Source: Ignavibacteriota bacterium
GTDB taxonomy: Bacteria; Bacteroidota; Ignavibacteria; UBA10030
Assembly: GCA_963727825.1 (NCBI GenBank)
Contig: CAVSHO010000009.1
Coordinates: forward strand, 736,001-800,000
Reading direction: 5' to 3'
DNA length: 64,000 nt
Part shown: one piece after another, positions 51,942-62,405 of the stretch
Layout of the letters: each line of letters begins with the position of its first letter
Numbering within the stretch: the first letter of the stretch is position 1
The notes under the pieces: model-generated
Told to the model about the DNA's origin: nothing
The model's input: only the letters and a program-made list of their open reading frames with translations
The model's database searches: none
Made by a program: the position numbers and the translations under genes

Positions 51942-52823
51942 TTATGAAAAAAGACGAGTGCGCATATCTTCAACAATTTGCAGCGGTACGGTATAGGTGC
52001 CGAGCATTTGGTCGTCATTCTTCCTACCGCCATGGTAATCAGAACCACCGCATTCTAATAAAAAATATTGATGAACAACACCGCGATAAAATTCTTGACG
52101 CGCTTCATTATGCGATGGGTGGACAACTTCAATCCCATCCAATCCAGCTTGAATGAGCGCCGATAGCTCAAGATCCGTAGTATATTTACCGGGATGCGCG
52201 AGGAATGTAAGTCCACCGGCTTGAGCAATAAGTTGTGTTGCTTCAAGTGGAGATAATTGGTACTTCTTTTCGTACGCCGGAGCACCAACGCCGATATATT
52301 TTAAGAATGCTTCGTGATACGTATCAATCAATCCTTCTTCCAATAAAGCGCTGGCAATATGTGGCCTGCCAACAGAACCAATTCCTGCTTGATCGAGCAC
52401 TGCATCCATTTTAAGTGAAACATTGATATCGTTCAATTTCTGGACGATACGTTCAGCGCGTTTCAATCGTTCATAACGGAAAAAGGCAAGGTAATCTTGA
52501 AGTTTTTGGTTGTTATAATCAAAGAAGTACGCAAGCAGGTGAATATCTTTTTCATTCAGCGCAACACTCAACTCTACACCGGGCACAATTTCTACACCTA
52601 AGCTTCTCCCGGTTTCGATCGCCTCATTAATACCGCCGACATTATCATGATCGGTAATTGAAACAATGGAAAGCTCGACCGCGCGTGCACGTTGAATAAG
52701 CGTTTCTGGCGAGAGTGCTCCATCGGAGTATGTTGTATGCAGATGGAGATCTGCTCGAGAATTGTTTGAACGATCTATTTGTTTGGTTAGTCCATTCTCC
52801 ATCTCAGCCATAAATACCTGCAA
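51942..52823 (-). CDS. PHP-domain phosphoesterase (TrpH/YciV-like)
   Basis: DLHLHTTYSDG, ITDHD, GRPHIA, AHP, GGSDYHG. Confidence 0.9.
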   Translation of the reverse strand: MQVFMAEMENGLTKQIDRSNNSRADLHLHTTYSDGALSPETLIQRARAVELSIVSITDHDNVGGINEAIETGRSLGVEIVPGVELSVALNEKDIHLLAYFFDYNNQKLQDYLAFFRYERLKRAERIVQKLNDINVSLKMDAVLDQAGIGSVGRPHIASALLEEGLIDTYHEAFLKYIGVGAPAYEKKYQLSPLEATQLIAQAGGLTFLAHPGKYTTDLELSALIQAGLDGIEVVHPSHNEARQEFYRGVVHQYFLLECGGSDYHGGRKNDDQMLGTYTVPLQIVEDMRTRLFS

Positions 52824-52894
52824 ACAACTTTGTTCGTATACTCATAGAAGTAAATATCCAGCGCTTTAGTTTATTACAAAGCAAAAAGGATATT

Positions 52895-53581
52895 TCATAA
52901 ATATTTTTTACGGAACGCTTCATAATCGTTGATAATTAGCTTATTTCCTTTTATCTGTATTTCTTCACAACCGATAAAAAAATGAATCATACGTGAAACT
53001 GTCTCGCGAGATGTACCTGCCATATTAGCTATGTCTTGTTGAAGCGGTAAGTCATCAATTTCAACTTTTCCTTTTCGAAATACTCCAACATCGTCAGCGA
53101 GAATCAATAAAACATTAGCAACACGTCCAGCCGCATCTTTAAGAGACAAACTTTTTATTTGCATATCGGCTTTTCGAAGCCGCATTGCAAGTTCGGCCAG
53201 CAGGGAAATCGCCACCTGAGGAAACTCATGAAGCAATTCTAAAAAATCCCGCCGATGAATCATAAACAATTCAGATTTCACGGTTGCTACAACGCTCGCA
53301 GAGCGCGCTTGTCCGTCTAGCAGCGACATTTCGCCGAAAAATTCGCCTGGTCTAAACATTGAAAGAATGACTTCGCGTCCATCTTCATCCATCCGCACTA
53401 CTTTTACTTTTCCAGAGACTATAACGAAGAGCGCCGCACCGCTTTCCTGCTCAAGCAAAACGATATTGCCCTTCTTATATTTTTGCCGAGTGCCAAGTTT
53501 GACAATCTTCTTTAAATCCTTTTCTTCAAGGTCGGCGAAGATAGGTACATTACGGAGAAAAATAATCTCTTCCTGAGGCAT
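52895..53581 (-). CDS. Crp/Fnr family transcriptional regulator
   Basis: FFGEMSLLDGQARSAS (cNMP pocket), HTH GTSRETVSR. Confidence 0.93.
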   Translation of the reverse strand: MPQEEIIFLRNVPIFADLEEKDLKKIVKLGTRQKYKKGNIVLLEQESGAALFVIVSGKVKVVRMDEDGREVILSMFRPGEFFGEMSLLDGQARSASVVATVKSELFMIHRRDFLELLHEFPQVAISLLAELAMRLRKADMQIKSLSLKDAAGRVANVLLILADDVGVFRKGKVEIDDLPLQQDIANMAGTSRETVSRMIHFFIGCEEIQIKGNKLIINDYEAFRKKYL

Positions 53582-53846
53582 TGTGGTCCGCGCTGCGTGT
53601 TTAGGTTCAGATACCTATTGAATTAGGAACTTCCGTTCGTACGTACCACGAACTTTTATAATATATCTTCCCGTGCGGTGAAATGCAAGGTTTTTATAGA
53701 GAATCAAGCATTTCATAAAATCCAATAAATTTGATACGAAAAAATAATTTTGTGCTTTTCCCCGTTGATCGACAAGGTTTCGATCATTAATAATTTAGTA
53801 CTTCAGAAATATATTAGGCATTCACTCTATATATAACAATTACTAA

Positions 53847-54902
53847 TTAAATCTTCGCTTTACTCAACTCGCTCTTCAGATAATCGATAATAGAAACAGG
53901 TTCCGGATCTATATTATTTAGAATTGCAAGATACAGCGAAACCCAATCGCCAAAGTAAATCAAGGAAAACATCCTCGCCAATAGACTTTTACCTTCGCTT
54001 GCTATTTCTGTTACTCCCCCAGCGTACTGCGACACGATTTGTTTCGTAATTCTTTCGCGGATTGCTACTCGCTTGTATGTGCTAATGTCCTTTAAGAAAA
54101 CGACATGCATTTGCTTCATTAATACGGGAAGCACTTTCCACCCTACCAATTCGTTATGGTTCATTTCCGGAAGCACATGGCCGGAAGAAAGTTGTTTAGC
54201 GTTTTCAGCAATTTGTCCACGCCAGCGAATGTTCACAGCGTCAAGATGCTCGACTGGAGAATAAATTACCGGCAGTTTGCCTTTTATTTTTTCCGCTAGC
54301 TTGAGCGGTGCATTTTCCGTTAGTTCTGGGTTACTAAATAGTACAGATTCCTTTTTTAAGAGTTGAATTGTCTCTTTGATATCTTTGTCTTTTGATTTGA
54401 TAAAGCCAAGTCTGCCAAGTACAACCAGCAGCGGAAAAAAGGAATAGCCTAGTGCCGCACGCGGGGAAAGCCCTGGTGGAATTTGTATACATTGCTGTTT
54501 AAGTTTTTTCGCAATCTTTGCTATCTCTCCGCCTGTGCTGATGCAAAGAATTCGAGATTTTCGCCTAATTGCATCTTTATATGCAGATATTGTTTCCTCG
54601 GTATTTCCAGAATAACTGGAAACGATAACAAGCGTTTTTTTTCCAACGAATTCCGGAAGAGTATAATATCTGTTCACAGTAAACGAAACGGTTAATTCCT
54701 CGGCAAGATAAGAGCGAAGGAGGTCGCCTCCGATAGCCGAACCGCCCAATCCTGTCAGAACAATGTTTTGAACACCATTCACATTAAGTTTAATTTTTGC
54801 TTCTTTTCCAATTCGAATTGCTTCTTCGATCTGTTTTGGAAAATCCGCAATCCAAGTATACATACCTTTTGGGTCTATTCTGTTGATATCATCTATTGTC
54901 AT
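53847..54902 (-). CDS. Bifunctional phosphoglucose/phosphomannose isomerase
   Basis: GLGGSAIGG, SYSGNTEET, ENAK, PEMNHNE. Confidence 0.92.
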   Translation of the reverse strand: MTIDDINRIDPKGMYTWIADFPKQIEEAIRIGKEAKIKLNVNGVQNIVLTGLGGSAIGGDLLRSYLAEELTVSFTVNRYYTLPEFVGKKTLVIVSSYSGNTEETISAYKDAIRRKSRILCISTGGEIAKIAKKLKQQCIQIPPGLSPRAALGYSFFPLLVVLGRLGFIKSKDKDIKETIQLLKKESVLFSNPELTENAPLKLAEKIKGKLPVIYSPVEHLDAVNIRWRGQIAENAKQLSSGHVLPEMNHNELVGWKVLPVLMKQMHVVFLKDISTYKRVAIRERITKQIVSQYAGGVTEIASEGKSLLARMFSLIYFGDWVSLYLAILNNIDPEPVSIIDYLKSELSKAKI

Positions 54903-55018
54903 GAATGTTCTCCTAATGGCAATTTGTGGTTAGTGGTAAATTGCCAATTGCTTCTTTTCATATACTGACTTCCGTATGAACTCTATTGTTTCTTTAGTCT
55001 AAAAATCTTAATCTGATT

Positions 55019-56773
55019 TTATCCAATCGGGATATCTGGAAACTTATGCTTCATTAAATGTTTAAGGAATGCTTTAATTTCATCTTCGGACTGCATTGTT
55101 AAAACTCGTTCGGCAACGTGTTGTGCTTCTGTATAATGTATAGAACGGATAATTTTTTTAATTTCAGGCAAAACATTTGGAACCACACTGAATTCATCCA
55201 ATCCAAGCCCGACAAGTAAAATAGTTGCCAGCGGATTACCCGCCATTTGTCCGCACATACCAACCCAAGCGTGTTCTTGCTTACCGCGCTCAATTATACG
55301 TCTTAGAAAGCGGATAACCGCCGGATGAAATTCCTGAAAAATATCCGACACAATATCGTTCCCGCGATCAACGGCAAGTAAATACTGAATAAGATCGTTT
55401 GTACCAATACTCAGGAAGCTCACTTCCCGCGCAAGGTGATCCGCAATGATTGCTGCAGCAGGCACTTCGATCATAACACCAAGCCTAATATTTTCATCAA
55501 ATGGAATTTTATGTGCGTGTAAATCATCCTTTGCCTGTGCAATAAGTTGTTTGCCAAGTTTTACTTCCTTAATGCTCGTAACCATTGGCAACATAATAGC
55601 AAGGTTTTTCAAAGTACTTGCCCGCAGCATAGCACGCAACTGATCAAGAAAAATCTGCGGTTTATCCAGCATAACACGAATTCCCCGCCAGCCAAGAAAT
55701 GGATTATTTTCTTTCATTGCTTGCATCATAAATTTGTCGCCGCCAATATCAAATGTACGTATAATAGCATGTTTAGGAAAAACCGCCTCAGCGATACGGT
55801 GATAAACTTCATACTGTTCTTCTTCACTCGGAAAAACTTCCTTACCAATCAGCAAGCTTTCTGTTCGGTAAAGTCCAATGCCGTCGGCACCCTGCAGTTT
55901 GATAAATTCAAGTTCTTCTTCCAACTCTACATTTGCTGCAAGTTTGACGTGATGCCCATCAAGTGTTTCAGCAGGAAGATCGCGCAACGGGGAAAGTGCT
56001 TCTTCAAACGTTTGGTACTGTGCTTTCTTCTTCTCGTAAAATCGCAAGGTCTCTGAATTCGGATGCAATACAATCGTACCGCTGTACGCATCAACAATAA
56101 TCTGATCATTGGTCTGTGCCAGCGATAACAATTGGTGGATGCCGACAATGGCTGGAATTTTTAATGCACGCGCCAGTAACGCCATGTGGGATGTTGCGCC
56201 GCCTAATTCTGTCACATACGCCAGTACATCGTTACGGCTAAATATCAGCGTATCAGCAGCTGCGAGATTATGCGAAACAATAACGTGCGAACCATCAATT
56301 TTCGAGACAAGTTTTTGTTCTTCGAGATTTCGGAGAATACGGTTTTCAACATCGAGCAGATCGTCAGCACGCGCACGGGCATATTCATCTTTAGATGTCA
56401 TCATCAATTGGTGATACTTCTCCATCTCGTCCTTAAGAAGATATTCTGCGTTTTTCTGCTCGTTCCTTAATCTTTTATATACTGCTTTAAAGAGGATAAT
56501 ATCTTCAAGAATTAAAAGTTGTGCTTCGAAAATTTTTGACTGCTCGGTTCCTAATTTTTGTTCGGCAAATTCAAATACCTTGGTAAGTTCCTTCTTGGAG
56601 CGCGCTACAGCATTTTGAAGCCGTTCGATTTCCTGCTCAACTTCGCTTGCAGCTATTGTGCGAATCAAGATTATTGGTTCATGTTTTCGGAACAGGAAAA
56701 TGGGTCCGATGGCGATTCCTGGAGATGCTGGAATTCCCTTTAGCTTAATTTCTTGTTTGAGAATCTGATCCAT
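55019..56773 (-). CDS. ptsI: PTS enzyme I
   Basis: GGATSHMA (phospho-His), GIGLYRTE, NPFLGWRG, SIGTNDL. Confidence 0.95.
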   Translation of the reverse strand: MDQILKQEIKLKGIPASPGIAIGPIFLFRKHEPIILIRTIAASEVEQEIERLQNAVARSKKELTKVFEFAEQKLGTEQSKIFEAQLLILEDIILFKAVYKRLRNEQKNAEYLLKDEMEKYHQLMMTSKDEYARARADDLLDVENRILRNLEEQKLVSKIDGSHVIVSHNLAAADTLIFSRNDVLAYVTELGGATSHMALLARALKIPAIVGIHQLLSLAQTNDQIIVDAYSGTIVLHPNSETLRFYEKKKAQYQTFEEALSPLRDLPAETLDGHHVKLAANVELEEELEFIKLQGADGIGLYRTESLLIGKEVFPSEEEQYEVYHRIAEAVFPKHAIIRTFDIGGDKFMMQAMKENNPFLGWRGIRVMLDKPQIFLDQLRAMLRASTLKNLAIMLPMVTSIKEVKLGKQLIAQAKDDLHAHKIPFDENIRLGVMIEVPAAAIIADHLAREVSFLSIGTNDLIQYLLAVDRGNDIVSDIFQEFHPAVIRFLRRIIERGKQEHAWVGMCGQMAGNPLATILLVGLGLDEFSVVPNVLPEIKKIIRSIHYTEAQHVAERVLTMQSEDEIKAFLKHLMKHKFPDIPIG

Positions 56774-56805
56774 TTTTCTTTCCGTTTATCATTAACGGCT
56801 TGCGC

Positions 56806-57084
56806 TTATATTGGCTCGCCAAAACCGCTCTCAAATAATTCTGACATTGCTTGATATGCTTCTTTTTCATCGGGTCCATCAAAACGCACTCGAAGTTTGG
56901 ACCCTTGTTCTGCGGCTAATGTCATTACACCGATAATACTTTTTCCATTAATTTGGAAATTATCTTTTTCGATGAAGAACTCAGATTTAAATTTTGCTGC
57001 CAGTTTTACTATCGCAGCAGCCGGGCGTGTATGCAGCCCCGCTCGATTCCGAATCGTTACTTCTTGTTCAATCATTCCTTCCAC
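56806..57084 (-). CDS. ptsH: Phosphocarrier protein HPr
   Basis: GLHTRPA (His15) and GKSIIG (Ser46). Confidence 0.95.
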   Translation of the reverse strand: MEGMIEQEVTIRNRAGLHTRPAAAIVKLAAKFKSEFFIEKDNFQINGKSIIGVMTLAAEQGSKLRVRFDGPDEKEAYQAMSELFESGFGEPI

Positions 57085-57090
57085 ATCTCG

Positions 57091-58068
57091 TTAGAATTTT
57101 CTATTCAATAATTTATCTGTCATCCACCGAAGCGTTTCACGAGCTGCGGAAGCTGGCAGTGTCGAAAGTTGGTTTTTCGCTTCAGTGATATCGTTTTCAA
57201 TTCTTTTCTTAGCAGAATCAATTGCACCTGTTTCTTCATAGATGCGACGAAATGCTGGCACCTGCTTTCGCGATACACTGCCATTTGTAAATATCAGTTG
57301 AAGCATTTTTTTCTGTTCTCCCTTTGCACGCCGTAGTGCCTCAAGAAGCAAAAATGTTTTTTTACCTTCTACTAAATCACCGCCAATAGTTTTGCCAAGT
57401 TCTTTTTCATCAGCAATAATATCCAATAAATCATCCTGAATTTGAAATGCCCGCCCGACATATTCACCATATCTCCGTAGCGCTTCCATGTCTGCAACTG
57501 TAGCATTTCCAATAAGCGCACCCAACTGTGCCGCTATCGAAACTAATTTTCCGGTCTTCTTTTCTATCATCATCAAGTATTCATTCACATGCACACGGTG
57601 GCGTGTTTCAAATTCTTTATCCATCGCCTGGCCTTCGCAAATTGTAACAATAGCTTCAGTGAATATTTTACTGATTTCCTGAATGCGTGTTGATTTTGTT
57701 CTGAGCAAAGCACGGTATGCAAATGCAAGCAGGGCGTCACCGGAAAGAAGCGCAACATTTTCATCCCATTTTTTATGGACTGTAAGTCGTCCTCGACGTG
57801 TTTCCGCATGATCCATTATATCATCATGGACGAGCGTAAAATTATGAAGGATTTCAATTCCGGCTCCCGCATGCAGCGCATTGTTTGATTCGCCGCCAAC
57901 AGCTTCGCAGGCAAGCAGTGTAATTACGGGACGAATACGTTTGCCGCCAGCCGCGAGAACATATTTTGCTGGATGGTACAATGTCTGTGGTTTGTGTTCG
58001 GTGACGAAGCTCCGAAGATACCGTTCCACCGACGATTTATGTCGTTCATATCGTTGTTCAGGATTCAT
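57091..58068 (-). CDS. Polyprenyl (probably GGPP) synthase
   Basis: GGKRIRP, HDDIMD...RRG, FQIQDDLLD. Confidence 0.9.
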   Translation of the reverse strand: MNPEQRYERHKSSVERYLRSFVTEHKPQTLYHPAKYVLAAGGKRIRPVITLLACEAVGGESNNALHAGAGIEILHNFTLVHDDIMDHAETRRGRLTVHKKWDENVALLSGDALLAFAYRALLRTKSTRIQEISKIFTEAIVTICEGQAMDKEFETRHRVHVNEYLMMIEKKTGKLVSIAAQLGALIGNATVADMEALRRYGEYVGRAFQIQDDLLDIIADEKELGKTIGGDLVEGKKTFLLLEALRRAKGEQKKMLQLIFTNGSVSRKQVPAFRRIYEETGAIDSAKKRIENDITEAKNQLSTLPASAARETLRWMTDKLLNRKF

Positions 58069-58082
58069 AATTCATTCTCGTC

Positions 58083-59171
58083 TCACACTCTTAAATTTAA
58101 TTTTTGTTTCTGAAGCTCAGCGATGGAACATGAACCGGTCAGAAACATTGCGCTTTTCAATTCCCATTCCCATTGATTAATAAGTTCTACAACAGCTTCT
58201 GTTCCACCACTCGCAAGCGCTTGGAGTATAGACATAGCAGATGCAATAAAATCAGCGCCTAATGCGATCGATTTTGCGCAATCAACACCATTCGAAATTC
58301 CACCGGAAGCTATAACCTTCAATGATGGCGATTCACTTTTTAAGAGAAACGCAGATTTCAGCGCATCTACGGTTGGAATTCCCCAATCCCAAAAAATTTC
58401 TGTGCATGCACTTTTTATTTTTTCTTTCCTTATTCTGTCTCCACGTTTTTTTTTCGCTCGTTCGTTTCTTCCTCTCAAAATCTCAACTCCTGCCCAACTC
58501 GTACCGCCAGCGCCTGCAATATCAATAATCTTTACTCCGACATCAACCAATCGCCGCGCAACATCAGCTGAAATACCTGCGCCGATTTCTTTCACAATTA
58601 TAGGAACAGGAAGCGACTTAGCTAGTAATTCGATACCATCAAGCACCCCTCGGAAATTTGTATTTCCCTCCACCTGAAGCAATTCCTGCAATGGATTGAG
58701 GTGCACTGCAAACCCATCTGCTTGAATTAAATCAATCAGCCGTGCAATTGGCGATATATCCCGCAGATTAGCAACTTCTGATGCTCCAATATTTCCGAAG
58801 ATCGGAATGTCTGGTCCAGTTTCACGCGCCACCAAAAATGAACGATGGTACTGCATATTTTCCAATGCTTGTCGTTGACTTCCAATTCCCATTGCAATTT
58901 TTTTTTGGACACAAACTTCAGCAAGTTGTCGATTGATCCGTTCTGCCTTTGCATATCCACCGGTCATGCTGGAGATGATAAACGGCAGAGCGATTTTCTT
59001 CCTTAAGAAAACTGTCGAAGAATCGATATCCGATAGATTTAGTTCTGGCAGAGCGTTGTGTGAAAAATCCCAACGATCAAATCCAGAAGATTTAGTATGA
59101 AACGCTACATCCCTGGTTAAACTAATGTTGACATGCTGTTGCTTGCGTGAGGATGTGCGTGTCATTTTCAT
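58083..59171 (-). CDS. fni: Type 2 isopentenyl-diphosphate isomerase
   Basis: RKQQH, SSMTGG, GSQR, HLNPLQE, KEIGAG, GAGGTSW; start moved to MKMTR. Confidence 0.93.
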   Translation of the reverse strand: MKMTRTSSRKQQHVNISLTRDVAFHTKSSGFDRWDFSHNALPELNLSDIDSSTVFLRKKIALPFIISSMTGGYAKAERINRQLAEVCVQKKIAMGIGSQRQALENMQYHRSFLVARETGPDIPIFGNIGASEVANLRDISPIARLIDLIQADGFAVHLNPLQELLQVEGNTNFRGVLDGIELLAKSLPVPIIVKEIGAGISADVARRLVDVGVKIIDIAGAGGTSWAGVEILRGRNERAKKKRGDRIRKEKIKSACTEIFWDWGIPTVDALKSAFLLKSESPSLKVIASGGISNGVDCAKSIALGADFIASAMSILQALASGGTEAVVELINQWEWELKSAMFLTGSCSIAELQKQKLNLRV

Positions 59172-59286
59172 ATATATAATCTCTTTAGAATAATAAAGAA
59201 ATCGATTTCGAGAAGCAAGGTAGCAATGGAAAGCATTTCTTGATTTTCCCTCAATTTTTCGGTATCTAATTTCATACGCAAACATC

Positions 59287-60051
59287 ATGAAGACAACCAA
59301 ACCCCGACAGCCGCAAAAATCACTTGTGCGGCAAAAAACATATTTCTTCTCAGACGCTCATCTCGGTCTCGGTTCAATAGAAGAGGATCGCCAGAAAGAA
59401 TTTCGGTTGGTACGCTTTTTAAATTTTATTCAGCGAGATGCCGCACAAATTTATATAGTGGGCGATTTATTTGATTATTGGTTTGAATACAAATCGGTCG
59501 TCCCAAAGAAATATTTCCGCCTCTTTGCAAAACTTGCAGAATTGACGGAACAAAACATTCGCATTTTCTTTATCGCTGGCAACCACGATTTCTGGGTAAA
59601 GAATTATTTCCATGATGAACTAGGCTTAGAAGTACATTTTAATCCTATCGAAACAATTATCGGCGACAAGCGCTTTCTCATCCACCATGGCGACGGTTTG
59701 CTTAAAGACGATCTTGGTTACAAGATTCTCAAAAAAATATTGCGCAGCAGAATTAATATTTTTCTGTTTTCGTTAATTCATCCGGATATTGCTGGATGGC
59801 TTGCTCGGTGGTCGTCGCGCACAAGCCGCCAGTACACAAGCAAAAGGTCGTACGAAAGCTCCGGTATGGTAGATTTTGCGGCAACCAAGTTAAAAGAAGG
59901 ATACGACTTTGTAGTGATGGGACACAATCACATTCCATCATGCCAGACAATTAACGGTGGTGTGTATGTCAATCTTGGCGACTGGATTTTTGAGAATACT
60001 TACGCGGTCTTCGATGGTAAAAAAATAAAACTGAAGAAGTGGATAGATTGA
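59287..60051 (+). CDS. lpxH: UDP-2,3-diacylglucosamine hydrolase (LpxH-like)
   Basis: SDAHLG, GDLFD, GNHD, HGD, GHNH, NLGDW. Confidence 0.82.
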   Translation: MKTTKPRQPQKSLVRQKTYFFSDAHLGLGSIEEDRQKEFRLVRFLNFIQRDAAQIYIVGDLFDYWFEYKSVVPKKYFRLFAKLAELTEQNIRIFFIAGNHDFWVKNYFHDELGLEVHFNPIETIIGDKRFLIHHGDGLLKDDLGYKILKKILRSRINIFLFSLIHPDIAGWLARWSSRTSRQYTSKRSYESSGMVDFAATKLKEGYDFVVMGHNHIPSCQTINGGVYVNLGDWIFENTYAVFDGKKIKLKKWID

Positions 60052-60079
60052 TTTATGTATTTAAAACAATTTAAATGCC

Positions 60080-62392
60080 ATGGCAAATAAAAAATTTAGT
60101 TCTGAAAAAATGGAGCGATACTTTAACGACCCGGAGTACCGTCATGGAAATATGAAACTCAATAAACGTTATTTCAATCGGAAGAACCTAATTCTTTTCG
60201 GCAGCATTTTTGTTGTTGTAGTATTAGTAACGTGGTACTCCGTATATATTTTAAACGGATTGCCAACGCTCGAACAATTGGAAAATCCAAAACCTGAACT
60301 CGCAACAAAAATTTTTTCTGCCGATGGCGAAGTGCTGGATCAATTTGCGTATAAAAACCGCACGCGCATTACACTCGATAAACTTCCACCAGGATTAATC
60401 AAAGGACTTGTCGCCACAGAGGACAAAGATTTCTACAATCATTGGGGTGTCAATTTGCCCCGTTTTATTCGCCAAATGGTAATCAATGTCGTTACATTTC
60501 GCCAGGCAGGAGCCAGCACTATTACACAGCAGCTTGCGCGGAATCTCTATAAACTTCAGATCAGGCACGAAACAATGTTTGATAAAATTACGCGGAAAAT
60601 CCGCGAGTTTTTCACATCAGTGCAGATCGAACGGCATTTTACAAAAAATGAAATCATGGAGTTTTATTTGAACGTTGCCTACTTCGGCAAGAACGCCTAC
60701 GGCATTGAATCTGCTGCCCAAATATATTTTGGCAAGTCTGCCTCTGAAATGACACCGCCGGAATATACATTGCTTATCGGCATGCTTAAAGGACCAAGTT
60801 ACTACGATCCTTTTTTGCACCCAGATCGTGCTTTCGGACGCCGCGACGTTGTGATTAACCAGATGGTAAAAGAAGGATTATTCACAGAAGAGACAGCGCA
60901 GCAAATGCGCGTTGATTCTTTGGATTTGAAATCGGTCGAATCAGAATTTCGTTCCGGCATTGCACCGCACTTTGTGGAATGGATTCGGCAACAACTTTTG
61001 AAAAAAGCTGAAGCACATGGTTATGACATTTATCGCGACGGCTTGCGTATATATACTTCGCTCGACAGCCGAATGCAGCGATACGCCATCTCGGCTATTG
61101 AAGAACATTTGAAGGATTACCAACAAACATTTGATGCAACATGGAATTGGAATGAACATCCGGAGATTATGAATGATGTCATCAGCAAGGCGATCCGAGA
61201 AAATGAATCGTATGGTAAATCGCGCAACTCCGATATGCGGGACAGCATTCGTAAAGAACTTCGCAACAACCGCACTTTTATCGACTCGGTTTTGAAAGCC
61301 GCACAGACAATCGAAGTCGGCTTTGTTGTTATTGACCCACATAATGGAAAAATTAAAGCAATGGTCGGTGGACGCAATTATCGTGCATTTAAGTATGGAT
61401 TAAACCACGTTACACAGATTCAACGCCAGCCAGGATCTGCATTCAAACCATTCGTCTATACCGTTGCGCTCGATAATGGATATCCGGCCTGTTATGAAGT
61501 GTTGAACCAACCAGTCACTATACCAATGCCTGATGGAACTCGCTGGACACCGGAAAATTTTGAGAGAGACATCGGCGGTAAATACACACTGCGCGAAGCG
61601 TTAAAACACTCTATTAATCTTGTAACTGTTCGTGTTATTTTGGAGATCGCTCCCCCAAAACAAGTTTCAGAGTATGCGCACCGAATGGGTATTACATCAC
61701 CTATACCCGCATACGAGTCTCTTGCGCTTGGTACGGCTGAAGTTTCACCATTGGAATTGACATCGGCATACGGCGTGTATGACAACGAAGGCGTACTTGT
61801 CTCACCTATCGCTATTACTCGTATTGAAGATAATGACGGTAATGTGATTGAAGAAAATTATCCGGAAAAGAAAGAAGTCTTGAGCAAAGAGACTGCATAC
61901 TTAATGACCGACTTGCTTAAGGGTGTAGTGAACAGCGGAACAGGAACGCGAGTGCGGTCTTACTTTACTGGTGCTTGCGCCGGTAAAACTGGAACTACGA
62001 ATGACTATGCCGATGCATGGTTTGTGGGCTATACTCCACAATTAGTTGCCGGGGCGTGGGTTGGTTTCGACGATGCACGCATTCGTTTTACCAATGAAGA
62101 TGGTCAGGGCGGCAGGGCGGCAGCACCGATCTTCGGATTGTTTATGCAGAAAACATATGAAGACCCCGATATCGGATTAACGCAGGAAATTTTTGTTCAA
62201 CCGGAAGGCATCATTACAGACACGATTTGTGTGGATACGAAGAAGAAAGCACGCGAGTGGTGTCCAAACAAGATGACAGAAATCTTCAATGCTAAATATC
62301 CAATTGGATTGTGCGATAAACATACGAGCGCGGATTGGAATCAAGGCAAAGAGGGCGAAGACACTCGAAAGAAAAGCAAAATAAATTGGTAG
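60080..62392 (+). CDS. Class A penicillin-binding protein 1A
   Basis: EDKDFYNH, GASTITQQL, GSAFK, SIN, KTGT. Confidence 0.93.
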   Translation: MANKKFSSEKMERYFNDPEYRHGNMKLNKRYFNRKNLILFGSIFVVVVLVTWYSVYILNGLPTLEQLENPKPELATKIFSADGEVLDQFAYKNRTRITLDKLPPGLIKGLVATEDKDFYNHWGVNLPRFIRQMVINVVTFRQAGASTITQQLARNLYKLQIRHETMFDKITRKIREFFTSVQIERHFTKNEIMEFYLNVAYFGKNAYGIESAAQIYFGKSASEMTPPEYTLLIGMLKGPSYYDPFLHPDRAFGRRDVVINQMVKEGLFTEETAQQMRVDSLDLKSVESEFRSGIAPHFVEWIRQQLLKKAEAHGYDIYRDGLRIYTSLDSRMQRYAISAIEEHLKDYQQTFDATWNWNEHPEIMNDVISKAIRENESYGKSRNSDMRDSIRKELRNNRTFIDSVLKAAQTIEVGFVVIDPHNGKIKAMVGGRNYRAFKYGLNHVTQIQRQPGSAFKPFVYTVALDNGYPACYEVLNQPVTIPMPDGTRWTPENFERDIGGKYTLREALKHSINLVTVRVILEIAPPKQVSEYAHRMGITSPIPAYESLALGTAEVSPLELTSAYGVYDNEGVLVSPIAITRIEDNDGNVIEENYPEKKEVLSKETAYLMTDLLKGVVNSGTGTRVRSYFTGACAGKTGTTNDYADAWFVGYTPQLVAGAWVGFDDARIRFTNEDGQGGRAAAPIFGLFMQKTYEDPDIGLTQEIFVQPEGIITDTICVDTKKKAREWCPNKMTEIFNAKYPIGLCDKHTSADWNQGKEGEDTRKKSKINW

Positions 62393-62405
62393 AGAGATAA
62401 TATGT

